IMG/VR virus record: IMGVR_UViG_3300021378_000010
Span: 36,570 to 100,569 of that record
Strand: one strand, 5' to 3'
Origin: a virus
DNA length: 64,000 nt
How positions within the stretch are numbered: the stretch's first letter is position 1; the number at the start of each line of letters is the position of its first letter. The position numbers were made by a program, and so were the translations under genes. Under the pieces are notes generated by a model. It was not told the DNA's origin, made no database searches, and saw only the letters and a list, made by a program, of their open reading frames with translations. Positions 19,615 through 27,561 of this stretch are shown here, in pieces.

Positions 19615-20902
19615 AGTCTGTCTTCCCATCTTGGTATGTGTAAGGAAGATTTTTTGCAATTGGCTTTTCAGCAGCAAGCTGTGGTCGGGTCATTGAAGTA
19701 AGTTCACGGCGAGCAAGCGCATCGCATTCAAACTTTGCATCAGATGAAGAAAGTTGTACAGGCGGCGTCTTCTGCGTATACGCGCTAGGCCCACGAAGAA
19801 TTCCAACAATACCCATTTCAGAAGCTACTCGACAGAAGCGAACGGCAGAAATAACTACACCACTCGAGTTTGGCGAGTCCTGGCAAGAAAGTCGAGCTTG
19901 AAGTGTATAACGAGCACCACCAAAGCCAAACGCTACGATGTCAAGATCTGCAATTTTATTATCAGAACCAACATACGTTCCACCAGGCTTCTGAAGAACT
20001 GTCAACGAAGGACCTGCATAAAGTGTGTCACCAGCATAGCTTACACCACGAACGGTATTTTGACCCTTGAGAACGTTTTCCTTTGAAATATGTTTATTAT
20101 GAAGACGTTCTTTTTCAGCCATATTGATGAAGTCAGTATTTGAAGTAACACCAGAACGAATATGTTCTTTACCCTGAGTAGCACCACCGATGCGATTTGT
20201 TTGAGTATGATATGTTACATGCAGGCCGCCGTCAATCATCGCACCTTGTAGAACTTCAGACAAGCGGGATGCACCCCAAGCAGATCGCATATCAGAACCA
20301 ACAAAAGTAAGACCAGCATCGATAAAGCGCTGCTCAATTTTCTGAGTTTCTTTAGTATCAATAATTGTTGGAATACAGTTTACGAAGTGTACTCCAGCTT
20401 TCAAAGCAACATCGATATAGAAACGAGTTGCTTTTTCAGAACCAACAGGAAGATAATTGACAAGGACTTCAACTCCGGTCTTTTTTACCAATTCAACAAT
20501 ATCATCAAATGATTTTGCAGCTTCAGCACCAGTTCTGAACGAAACTTCTTCAGGATAGTATTCCATCCATTCTGCAACACCATCGAGTGTCGGGCTAGAG
20601 TAAACCATTGCGCCCTTCGTAACTGCGCCTGGAGAATTACCACCAGTTTCAAGAATCTCCGCAACGTGATCCATAGCACAGTTTGGTGAAGCACGAAGAG
20701 CTTCTACAAGAGGCTTGTTAACCTTACGGCGATCTACATCAAATCCAATGACGAACTCGACGTCACCCGAAACATATCCGCCAATTTCTGGATACATCAG
20801 GCCAACTTTATCATTCGGGTTTTCATTATAGTATTGCACACCCTCTACGATAGATTTAGCGCAGTTACCCACACCAATAATACCAATTTTGATCTTTTTC
20901 AT
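19607..20902 (-). CDS. ino1: myo-inositol-1-phosphate synthase family protein
   Basis: IIGVGNCA, NYLPVGSE, FVNCIP, DMRS.WGA, NTDFINM, DSPNSSGV. Confidence 0.92.
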   Translation of the reverse strand: MKKIKIGIIGVGNCAKSIVEGVQYYNENPNDKVGLMYPEIGGYVSGDVEFVIGFDVDRRKVNKPLVEALRASPNCAMDHVAEILETGGNSPGAVTKGAMVYSSPTLDGVAEWMEYYPEEVSFRTGAEAAKSFDDIVELVKKTGVEVLVNYLPVGSEKATRFYIDVALKAGVHFVNCIPTIIDTKETQKIEQRFIDAGLTFVGSDMRSAWGASRLSEVLQGAMIDGGLHVTYHTQTNRIGGATQGKEHIRSGVTSNTDFINMAEKERLHNKHISKENVLKGQNTVRGVSYAGDTLYAGPSLTVLQKPGGTYVGSDNKIADLDIVAFGFGGARYTLQARLSCQDSPNSSGVVISAVRFCRVASEMGIVGILRGPSAYTQKTPPVQLSSSDAKFECDALARRELTSMTRPQLAAEKPIAKNLPYTYQDGKTDYE

Positions 20903-21020
20903 TTGATTTTCCTTTTCTGTTATATCAGTTTAACGACTATATTTGGCCGGAAGGTCCGGGGTAGGTCGAGTGCAATCCAGCACTAAGGTTACCATCAGTC
21001 TAGATGGTGTTGTATTTATA
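20903..21020 (-). promoter_or_regulatory. Late promoter and structured ~105-nt 5' leader of the ino1 sub-operon
   Basis: TATAAATA at 21013-21020; hairpins ACCATC/GATGGT, AGTGC/GCACT, CCGGA/TCCGG. Confidence 0.55.
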
Positions 21021-21027
21021 GCCGAAC

Positions 21028-22113
21028 TCAAGCAAACATATCAAAAATTGTAGTTTCTTTGGTATTTTTTTGTCTGTCAATTGTTTGCTCAAACATATTC
21101 TGCAAAGACTTAATCCAATTTTCTTTTGAGTGCTTTTGTTTTGTGAGTTCAGATATTGCTATACGTTCATTATAATCCAAAGCCAGTAATTTGTCAACAA
21201 CTTCTTTAAATGCAGCAGGACGAATATTTGAACGAACTTTTGCAAGATGTTCTGGTTTTGCTGGAATACATTCAGAAGCGTGAGTATCTTTCGTATCAGT
21301 TGCTAATACTACAGGAACGCCTCGTGCAAGTGCTTCCAAAGCGGTAATACCCCAAGTTTCTGCAGGACATGTCGAAAAATAAACACGAGAACGAGCAAGC
21401 TTTTCCATGACATCTTTATGAGGAAGATTTTCAATTGTGTCCTGTGGATGTTTCCAGTGTTGATTAATATTGTAGTAATGTTTATTGGTAGCATCAACAA
21501 GGTTACTTGTTGTAGTCAGAATCAAACTGTGATAGTTGTTTGAATGAGATAACTTGTGGTTCATATAAGGATTTTTGATTCTATTCATTCGTGCAATAGT
21601 CGTGATGTCATATTCCAGATCTTTGTATACTGGTTCATCACCATTACAAAACGCAGCGTTGATAAATCCGCCATTTAAATTAAGAGGGCATTCGTTGATA
21701 CGCTGCGAAAGCTTATCCATGCCTTGAAATTGCCATGGGCTTACCATTGCAAGAGTACCACCCGTATCAATAAATTCTTTCATTTTTTCAATATGAAGAA
21801 CTTTGCTAATTCCACCGGCAGCGGTATGACTAACCCATAAAATGGGAATGTTAAATACTTTTCGTATATTTCCAATTAGCGTATTACTATCGAAGTTTAC
21901 CATCAGTACATCAGGATCATGCTGAATGATAGCTTGAGAAAGTTTTGTAGTTGTTCTACGCTTTTTGCGATCTTCTTCATTATAATAAAATGGAATCACT
22001 TCGCCAGGAAAATTCTGATAGATCAGTTGAATAAAACGCTCAATGCCACCAGAAACGTGTGGACTGTCAAGATCATGCTCGTCAGTCATAAAAAATGGAA
22101 TTAGTACTTTCAT
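21028..22113 (-). CDS. GT-B (GT4-like) glycosyltransferase
   Basis: SGGIERF near N-terminus; ETWGITALEALARGVPVV (ExxG...E motif). Confidence 0.85.
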   Translation of the reverse strand: MKVLIPFFMTDEHDLDSPHVSGGIERFIQLIYQNFPGEVIPFYYNEEDRKKRRTTTKLSQAIIQHDPDVLMVNFDSNTLIGNIRKVFNIPILWVSHTAAGGISKVLHIEKMKEFIDTGGTLAMVSPWQFQGMDKLSQRINECPLNLNGGFINAAFCNGDEPVYKDLEYDITTIARMNRIKNPYMNHKLSHSNNYHSLILTTTSNLVDATNKHYYNINQHWKHPQDTIENLPHKDVMEKLARSRVYFSTCPAETWGITALEALARGVPVVLATDTKDTHASECIPAKPEHLAKVRSNIRPAAFKEVVDKLLALDYNERIAISELTKQKHSKENWIKSLQNMFEQTIDRQKNTKETTIFDMFA

Positions 22114-22781
22114 ATTTTTACCTCATAATGTAACCGCCAATCTTCATATTCCTCGTCAAGAGTAACCCATTGGCATTTTGTATTTGTATGATTTGCTTCT
22201 TTGTTCCAAACTATCCAGCAATAAGCAATCATGCCACCAATTTGGTCATTCTTATTTATGGGTTCTATATGATCGGCACTAAATTTTACTCTGTCTGACA
22301 TGAATATTATATCACTTGGAGGGTTATTTGTAAACAATTTTTTTCTCTTTTTTCCTTCGAGAAAAGTAATACGAACAAACATTGCAACAAAATCATATTC
22401 ATTGACAGCTTTTTCTGCTATTTTTCGAGGAAGATCTTGATGATATGGCGGATTTGTTACCAGGCCTTTTGCGTCAGAAGGTTTCTGAAGACTCATAAAG
22501 TCTGTATCAACAGTTATTGCGCATAGGCTATTATCATACTCGTGAAGATCATAAGAACGAACATCATAACCGTGACGAAGCAGCTCAATAGATATGTTAC
22601 CACGTCCAGCACAAGGCTCAACGATAACATGAGGTAGATTGACATATTTTTGTAAAACATAAGTTGCGAGTGGTGGTGTTGGATAAAAATCATTTTTTCT
22701 GCGGTTTGTATCTGTTTTTTTTACACCAACGTAAATATCTTTGAGATTATTGGCCATATCTAATATTTTGTTCCTTTTCAC
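22110..22781 (-). CDS. Amino (N6A/N4C) DNA methyltransferase-like protein
   Basis: DFYPTP, VEPCAGRG, TNPPY. Confidence 0.8.
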   Translation of the reverse strand: MKRNKILDMANNLKDIYVGVKKTDTNRRKNDFYPTPPLATYVLQKYVNLPHVIVEPCAGRGNISIELLRHGYDVRSYDLHEYDNSLCAITVDTDFMSLQKPSDAKGLVTNPPYHQDLPRKIAEKAVNEYDFVAMFVRITFLEGKKRKKLFTNNPPSDIIFMSDRVKFSADHIEPINKNDQIGGMIAYCWIVWNKEANHTNTKCQWVTLDEEYEDWRLHYEVKI

Positions 22782-23589
22782 GATCGTCTAGTTTATACTC
22801 AGATCTATAACGAGAGTTAACGCTAATAACTTCTTCAAGTACAGAAAGATATACACCATTGAGTTTTGAAAAGGCAGAAATCGCGGCAGTATCCTTTGGA
22901 AAACAGCTTCCTCCAAAACCTCTTTTTCCGTCGGGTCCTGGAACCTTTGTGTGAGAATGTCCAATACGATCATCTTCTCCTATGGATCTAGAAACAACAT
23001 TATATCGAGCATCGAGTGATTCTGTAAGTTCTTTCCATTGATTAAACCAAACAACTTTCATTGCAAGAAATGAATTGATCCCATATTTTACAAGACTTGC
23101 CTCAACTGGTGTCATGTAATGAAATGGTGCAGGATTGCAGTTTGAATTATACGTGTAAAGATCTTTTACCTTTTCTATGCGATGGATGTCTCCGCCAAGT
23201 ACATGAAAATCTGGTTTCAAAAAATCTTCTAACGCGTTTCTTTCTGTGAGAAATTCTGGGTTGTATACAAAATGATTATTATAACAAATTTCTTCTATTA
23301 CGTCTGGTGTAATAGTCGACTTTACGATGATTGTTGCATCTATATCACTCAGTTGATCCACAACAGTAGTTATGATATTTTTGTTTATCGAACCATCGTC
23401 ATTCATCGGTGTTGGCACGCAAACAAATACAAACTCTGGATTAAAAGAAATCATTTCATCTATATCATGATGGCCCTTATAAGGATCTACAATCATAATG
23501 TCGTTGGTTTTGTTACGAAACCCAAATTCTACAGCGTTTCCAACAAAGCCATAGCCTATAATTGCTATTTTTGTTTTATTCATTTTCAA
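22747..23589 (-). CDS. UDP-glucose/GDP-mannose 6-dehydrogenase (short form)
   Basis: GYGFVG, CVPTP, KST, NPEFL, GFGGSCFPKD. Confidence 0.9.
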   Translation of the reverse strand: MKMNKTKIAIIGYGFVGNAVEFGFRNKTNDIMIVDPYKGHHDIDEMISFNPEFVFVCVPTPMNDDGSINKNIITTVVDQLSDIDATIIVKSTITPDVIEEICYNNHFVYNPEFLTERNALEDFLKPDFHVLGGDIHRIEKVKDLYTYNSNCNPAPFHYMTPVEASLVKYGINSFLAMKVVWFNQWKELTESLDARYNVVSRSIGEDDRIGHSHTKVPGPDGKRGFGGSCFPKDTAAISAFSKLNGVYLSVLEEVISVNSRYRSEYKLDDREKEQNIRYGQ

Positions 23590-24052
23590 AGGCCCAGTGA
23601 CGTTCGTTCATGTAAGTAAGCAATACGCCAGTTTCCTGATACATCGGCTTTGAAAGGTCGTTCCACTGAGTCTGCCACTTCTCAGGAGCATGCTCAGGAT
23701 GCGTGATCACGACTCGTTTGATACCGGATTGGACAACATTCTTTGTACACTCAGCACAGACCGGTAGACCCCAAACATAAATCGTCGCATCCTTGACTGA
23801 TACACCACTGTAGAGCGCATTCATCAATGCGTTCATCTCACCATGAACGATCAATGGATATTTCTGTTCACGATCGTTAAGACGCTCATCTGTATCTTCA
23901 ATACCGCGAGGAAACCCGTTGTAGCCAGTCGCGAGGATGCGACGCTCATCATTTACAATCACTGCTCCGATGCGCGTGCTCGGATCCTTACTCCAGGTCG
24001 AGATCTCACGAGCAAGTTTCATAAAGCGGTTGTCCCACTTGGAGTTAATCAT
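23576..24052 (-). CDS. cd: dCMP deaminase
   Basis: SKDPST, GYNGFPRG, HGEMNA, PVCAEC. Confidence 0.92.
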   Translation of the reverse strand: MINSKWDNRFMKLAREISTWSKDPSTRIGAVIVNDERRILATGYNGFPRGIEDTDERLNDREQKYPLIVHGEMNALMNALYSGVSVKDATIYVWGLPVCAECTKNVVQSGIKRVVITHPEHAPEKWQTQWNDLSKPMYQETGVLLTYMNERHWAFENE

Positions 24053-24707
24053 TCATAAGCTCCTCAATGAACTTGAAGTGGCGCTCGTAGACGTGCAAGT
24101 TAGTCGCAGTCCAAATTAGATCACCAACCGCAACATTGAGATCTGCGGCAAGCATCTTTTGAACATGCATCGCCCAATGTACGTCGTTGTCATATCCAAA
24201 CACAGCATCGTTGGATCGCATTAGGTAGTGACTAATGAGCTTACCATCGCGTATCATAAAGGTGTTTGCGTATGTGCAGACGAAGTCAGACATACCATCT
24301 GCGCAGTAGTCGGTATGCATAGACGGGCGATTGTAGATCATAACGGCACGACGACTGTTCGGGTTCTTCTGCAGCTCAGTCTTTACGTTTTCGTACTGAC
24401 TGCCGTTTTCTTCTGACCAGATCAGATAGCCGTAGTTAGAATTGATCATGCCGTTAGAGTCAGATACTTGTTTCCAGATGGCAGGCGTATCACCAGGAAT
24501 GTCTTCAACGTAACGAGACTGCGACTCATACCACTGGAGTTCGCGTTCGATATATTCATAGTTTGGTTTGCGGATGATCCAATCCTCATCAGCAATAAAC
24601 GACTCACCGATAAGCTCGATGGTCTTAACTCCGGTCTTATCAGTCACGAAATCCTGTTCTTTGTATTTTTGAATGAGCTTAGCTCGAATATCACTTACTG
24701 TTTGCAT
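24045..24707 (-). CDS. gp42: dCMP hydroxymethylase (T4 gp42 family)
   Basis: DKTGVKTIE, INSNYG, DGMSDFVCT, MRSNDAVFGYDND, LHVYERHF closely track T4 gp42 as recalled, including the dCMP-specifying Asp. Confidence 0.92.
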   Translation of the reverse strand: MQTVSDIRAKLIQKYKEQDFVTDKTGVKTIELIGESFIADEDWIIRKPNYEYIERELQWYESQSRYVEDIPGDTPAIWKQVSDSNGMINSNYGYLIWSEENGSQYENVKTELQKNPNSRRAVMIYNRPSMHTDYCADGMSDFVCTYANTFMIRDGKLISHYLMRSNDAVFGYDNDVHWAMHVQKMLAADLNVAVGDLIWTATNLHVYERHFKFIEELMND

Positions 24708-24715
24708 AAATGCTC

Positions 24716-25231
24716 CTATGAATAATTTGATATATTAAGTGATTTGATCTTATTATATAACACGCGATCGTCAATGTCAACAAGAAGTTTGAAGTCTTTC
24801 ATGAGAAATCCAGCAATAATTCTGCCGTCATTAGAATTTCTAATGTTGGAAAACCTGCGCTTACCAAGTGGAGGAGCCTCCCACAACTTAATCGTGGTCT
24901 CGTTTTTCATATCAGACGGATTTTGTACAATAATCCATCGTTCGGCGTTTAGACACTTATCTAATTGGTTTTGCGCTACTCTACCATCTCGAGTTGTGAT
25001 AGGAACAGTGAATGCTGGTTCTACATTGCCCTTTGTAGCATGCGACTTAAAATAATGCCGAATAGTCATGAACTTGACTTCGGTGGTTTTACCATCCACG
25101 AGCATATCCATAGACGCATCAAATGGATCTGTAGCCATTTCTACCACAGACCCAGTTTTTTCAAAATAGTTTTTTACCACATCTTCAGCAAGGTTACCGA
25201 GTGATTGAATTTTTTCTTTAATGTCAAACAT
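24716..25231 (-). CDS. Hypothetical, possible PD-(D/E)xK nuclease
   Basis: GNLAE...DMLVDGKTTEVK. Confidence 0.45.
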   Translation of the reverse strand: MFDIKEKIQSLGNLAEDVVKNYFEKTGSVVEMATDPFDASMDMLVDGKTTEVKFMTIRHYFKSHATKGNVEPAFTVPITTRDGRVAQNQLDKCLNAERWIIVQNPSDMKNETTIKLWEAPPLGKRRFSNIRNSNDGRIIAGFLMKDFKLLVDIDDRVLYNKIKSLNISNYS

Positions 25232-25677
25232 CAGGCTTCATCCGGAAGATATGAATTCAAAGTGTAAACCGTAACAGTGTCTTGATCTGACACAATAATG
25301 TCATCATCATCTGCAACTGTTGGCCTCTGAATTTCTCGGTTAAAGATGTTATGATCGACTAACTGACCAGGAATTTCACCACGGCAGTATGCAACAAAGA
25401 AAGATGCATAGTTGATAAGATCTTTTGCACTATCTTCAAGACTTTCAAAGTTTGGATCGTATCCATCACTCTGCATAGCTTCCATGACAGATTTCATACG
25501 AAGCATTTTTGCATGCATGATGTCATGAATTGTGATCACACCATTAGGGTAATAGTCTGCTTGTTTGACAGTCGAGTTTGGATTTTGATAGTCACGGCTT
25601 TTTCGTAGTTGCAAGTCCATGCATTCTTGTAGGACTTTGGCTGATTCTGGTTGATTGGTCATATTATACCTCTTCAA
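25231..25677 (-). CDS. Nucleotide-modification-associated (DUF1599/Nmad1-like) protein
   Basis: KSRDY...KMLR...ESLEDSAKDLINYA. Confidence 0.7.
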   Translation of the reverse strand: MKRYNMTNQPESAKVLQECMDLQLRKSRDYQNPNSTVKQADYYPNGVITIHDIMHAKMLRMKSVMEAMQSDGYDPNFESLEDSAKDLINYASFFVAYCRGEIPGQLVDHNIFNREIQRPTVADDDDIIVSDQDTVTVYTLNSYLPDEA

Positions 25678-26224
25678 GTTTTTCTAAAAATTCTCGTGCG
25701 TTTGTTTCGATAGCGTACTTCTTATACTCAGAAATTATATACAACAATTCTTCAGATGTCAACCTTTTTCCTTCATCAAGAAGAAGGTGAACTCTGCCAT
25801 TCGAGCCTGCAGAAGCCTCAAGCCATTCAAAAGTATATCCAAATCGTTCTTTAGACTCAGTGTGAATTTTTGTTTCAAGATTTGAAACATTTTCTTCTGC
25901 GCAATACGCGTATCGGATGTAAACTTGAGAACGATCAATACCGTTTTGTCGAATGTAACGACTTACGCCGTGCCCACCAGATGGAATGCGAATGGAATAA
26001 GTACGGTTCAAAATACTTTTTTCAGACTTTCCAGTATATCCAATTTTTTGATGAACTAAATTATCACCGATGTCTTCAATGTCGTCAGCAAAAGCAACTT
26101 GGTATATACCATGTAAGCCATATTGCTCATTCATTTCATCATACAAAGGGTTCTTCTCTGTTGGAATCTTCGAGACTTGAAACCAATCTGTTAGGTGAGT
26201 TACTTGTATTCCTTTGGTTTTCAT
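25664..26224 (-). CDS. GIY-YIG endonuclease-like protein
   Basis: GIYQV...IGYTGKS...R...LE. Confidence 0.6.
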   Translation of the reverse strand: MKTKGIQVTHLTDWFQVSKIPTEKNPLYDEMNEQYGLHGIYQVAFADDIEDIGDNLVHQKIGYTGKSEKSILNRTYSIRIPSGGHGVSRYIRQNGIDRSQVYIRYAYCAEENVSNLETKIHTESKERFGYTFEWLEASAGSNGRVHLLLDEGKRLTSEELLYIISEYKKYAIETNAREFLEKLEEV

Positions 26225-26233
26225 GAAATTTCC

Positions 26234-26536
26234 TTAACGATTGTAAACATAGACGTCAGCAGTAGTAGCATCAGCAAGGCGAATAGCTTGGTGATTATAG
26301 TAAGTACCTGTTCCACCATTTGCACGGCAACGATACTTTACAGCAGCAGGGTTGCCTTTACCAAGCCGGCCTTGCAGCTTTACATATTGAGTAGTGCTAA
26401 ATGCAGAGTTGCCGAGCTTGACGACAGTGCGAAGACCGTCAACGGAAGCTTGATCTTCGGGGTGAACTTTTCCGTCAATCATACGAATTGTAAAACGATA
26501 AGCAGAAGTGCGAGTCATGATGTAGTTCCTTTTCAT
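26234..26536 (-). CDS. Hypothetical early protein
   Basis: Preceded by TTGACA-N8-GAATC promoter (26551-26578, minus strand). Confidence 0.65.
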   Translation of the reverse strand: MKRNYIMTRTSAYRFTIRMIDGKVHPEDQASVDGLRTVVKLGNSAFSTTQYVKLQGRLGKGNPAAVKYRCRANGGTGTYYNHQAIRLADATTADVYVYNR

Positions 26537-26574
26537 TTCTTATAATAAGATATTATATTGATTCGGAACAAATG

Positions 26575-26820
26575 TCAACAGCTATTTTTAGATTTGTTTA
26601 TGATACTAGCTTGTCTCGCAGCCCATGCAGCTTCGAAGCCAACTTCATGTACGATAGCTTCGTGGTTGCCCCAAATTCTTTTGAAGTAGCCTTCGTATGT
26701 CTTCATGACATCAGCTTCACTCCAGCTTTCAGGTATCAGTTGACCCTTTACTATCCAATAGTAACGGTTTGCTTCTTTACGTTGAAATCTTGTCATATAG
26801 TTCTCAGTTCTTTTTGCCAT
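26575..26820 (-). CDS. Hypothetical protein
   Basis: Late promoter TATAAATA at 26832-26839 (minus). Confidence 0.6.
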   Translation of the reverse strand: MAKRTENYMTRFQRKEANRYYWIVKGQLIPESWSEADVMKTYEGYFKRIWGNHEAIVHEVGFEAAWAARQASIINKSKNSC

Positions 26821-26899
26821 TTTTATAATAGTATTTATAGACGAAAAGAAAAAATGTTACCGCTAACTGGCAATGATAGCGGTAACATGAAATATTTTG

Positions 26900-27370
26900 T
26901 TACTTAAAAATTTCTGGAAGTGATCCATGATTGCCATCGTGGCTTGGAGCTTTCCAATCTTCTGGTTTGATTAGATCTGGTAGTCCAAATGGGTTGGGAC
27001 GGCCCGGTTTTACGCCAGGAGTTTTGATTGAGTTTGCTTTATAAACTTGATCCCAAGCTACTTTGGTATCTACGCCAAATACATCAAGAGTGCCAATAGC
27101 GAAAACACATAGATCAATAAGACCATCTACAACTTCTTCAGAATCAACTTTGTCTACGTCACCGATAAAAGCAAAATTTCCTTCATCATTAATTGCAAGT
27201 TCAAGGTCAGATGCTTGTGCAGTTTCGATCAATTCTTCTAAACACATATTCAAACGAAAAGTAAGATACTTTTTCATAAGATCCTTATCGTGTTTGTTTT
27301 TTTCAAACCAGTCGTGCACTCCAAACTTATTGTGCATCATATACATATCATTGATCATATCAGCTGACAT
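26900..27370 (-). CDS. MazG-like all-alpha NTP pyrophosphohydrolase (candidate dCTPase)
   Basis: EELIE...EEVVDGLIDL...AN..K...DLIKPEDW. Confidence 0.75.
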   Translation of the reverse strand: MSADMINDMYMMHNKFGVHDWFEKNKHDKDLMKKYLTFRLNMCLEELIETAQASDLELAINDEGNFAFIGDVDKVDSEEVVDGLIDLCVFAIGTLDVFGVDTKVAWDQVYKANSIKTPGVKPGRPNPFGLPDLIKPEDWKAPSHDGNHGSLPEIFK

Positions 27371-27551
27371 TTTGTAATCCTTCCATTTCGCTTTCAATAG
27401 CTATGATCTCATCCTTAATAGAAAGCTTTAGTCGTTTGTGATTTTTAACAATTTCTTCAGGCGCCTTTTCAGCTTCAAGTGCTTCAATGATGTCATGTTG
27501 CTTTTTATGCTGTGTTTTTAAGAATTTTAAACGGGTTTCTAGTTTTTTCAT
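27360..27551 (-). CDS. DUF465-like small coiled-coil protein
   Basis: LKTQH...KRLKLSIKDEI. Confidence 0.6.
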   Translation of the reverse strand: MKKLETRLKFLKTQHKKQHDIIEALEAEKAPEEIVKNHKRLKLSIKDEIIAIESEMEGLQNVS

Positions 27552-27561
27552 TTGCTTCTCC

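Noticed and set aside
24045-24707. Thymidylate synthase or dUMP hydroxymethylase (5hmdU pathway)
   Set aside because: Sequence follows T4 gp42 closely and has Asp at the dCMP-specificity position (FGYDND).
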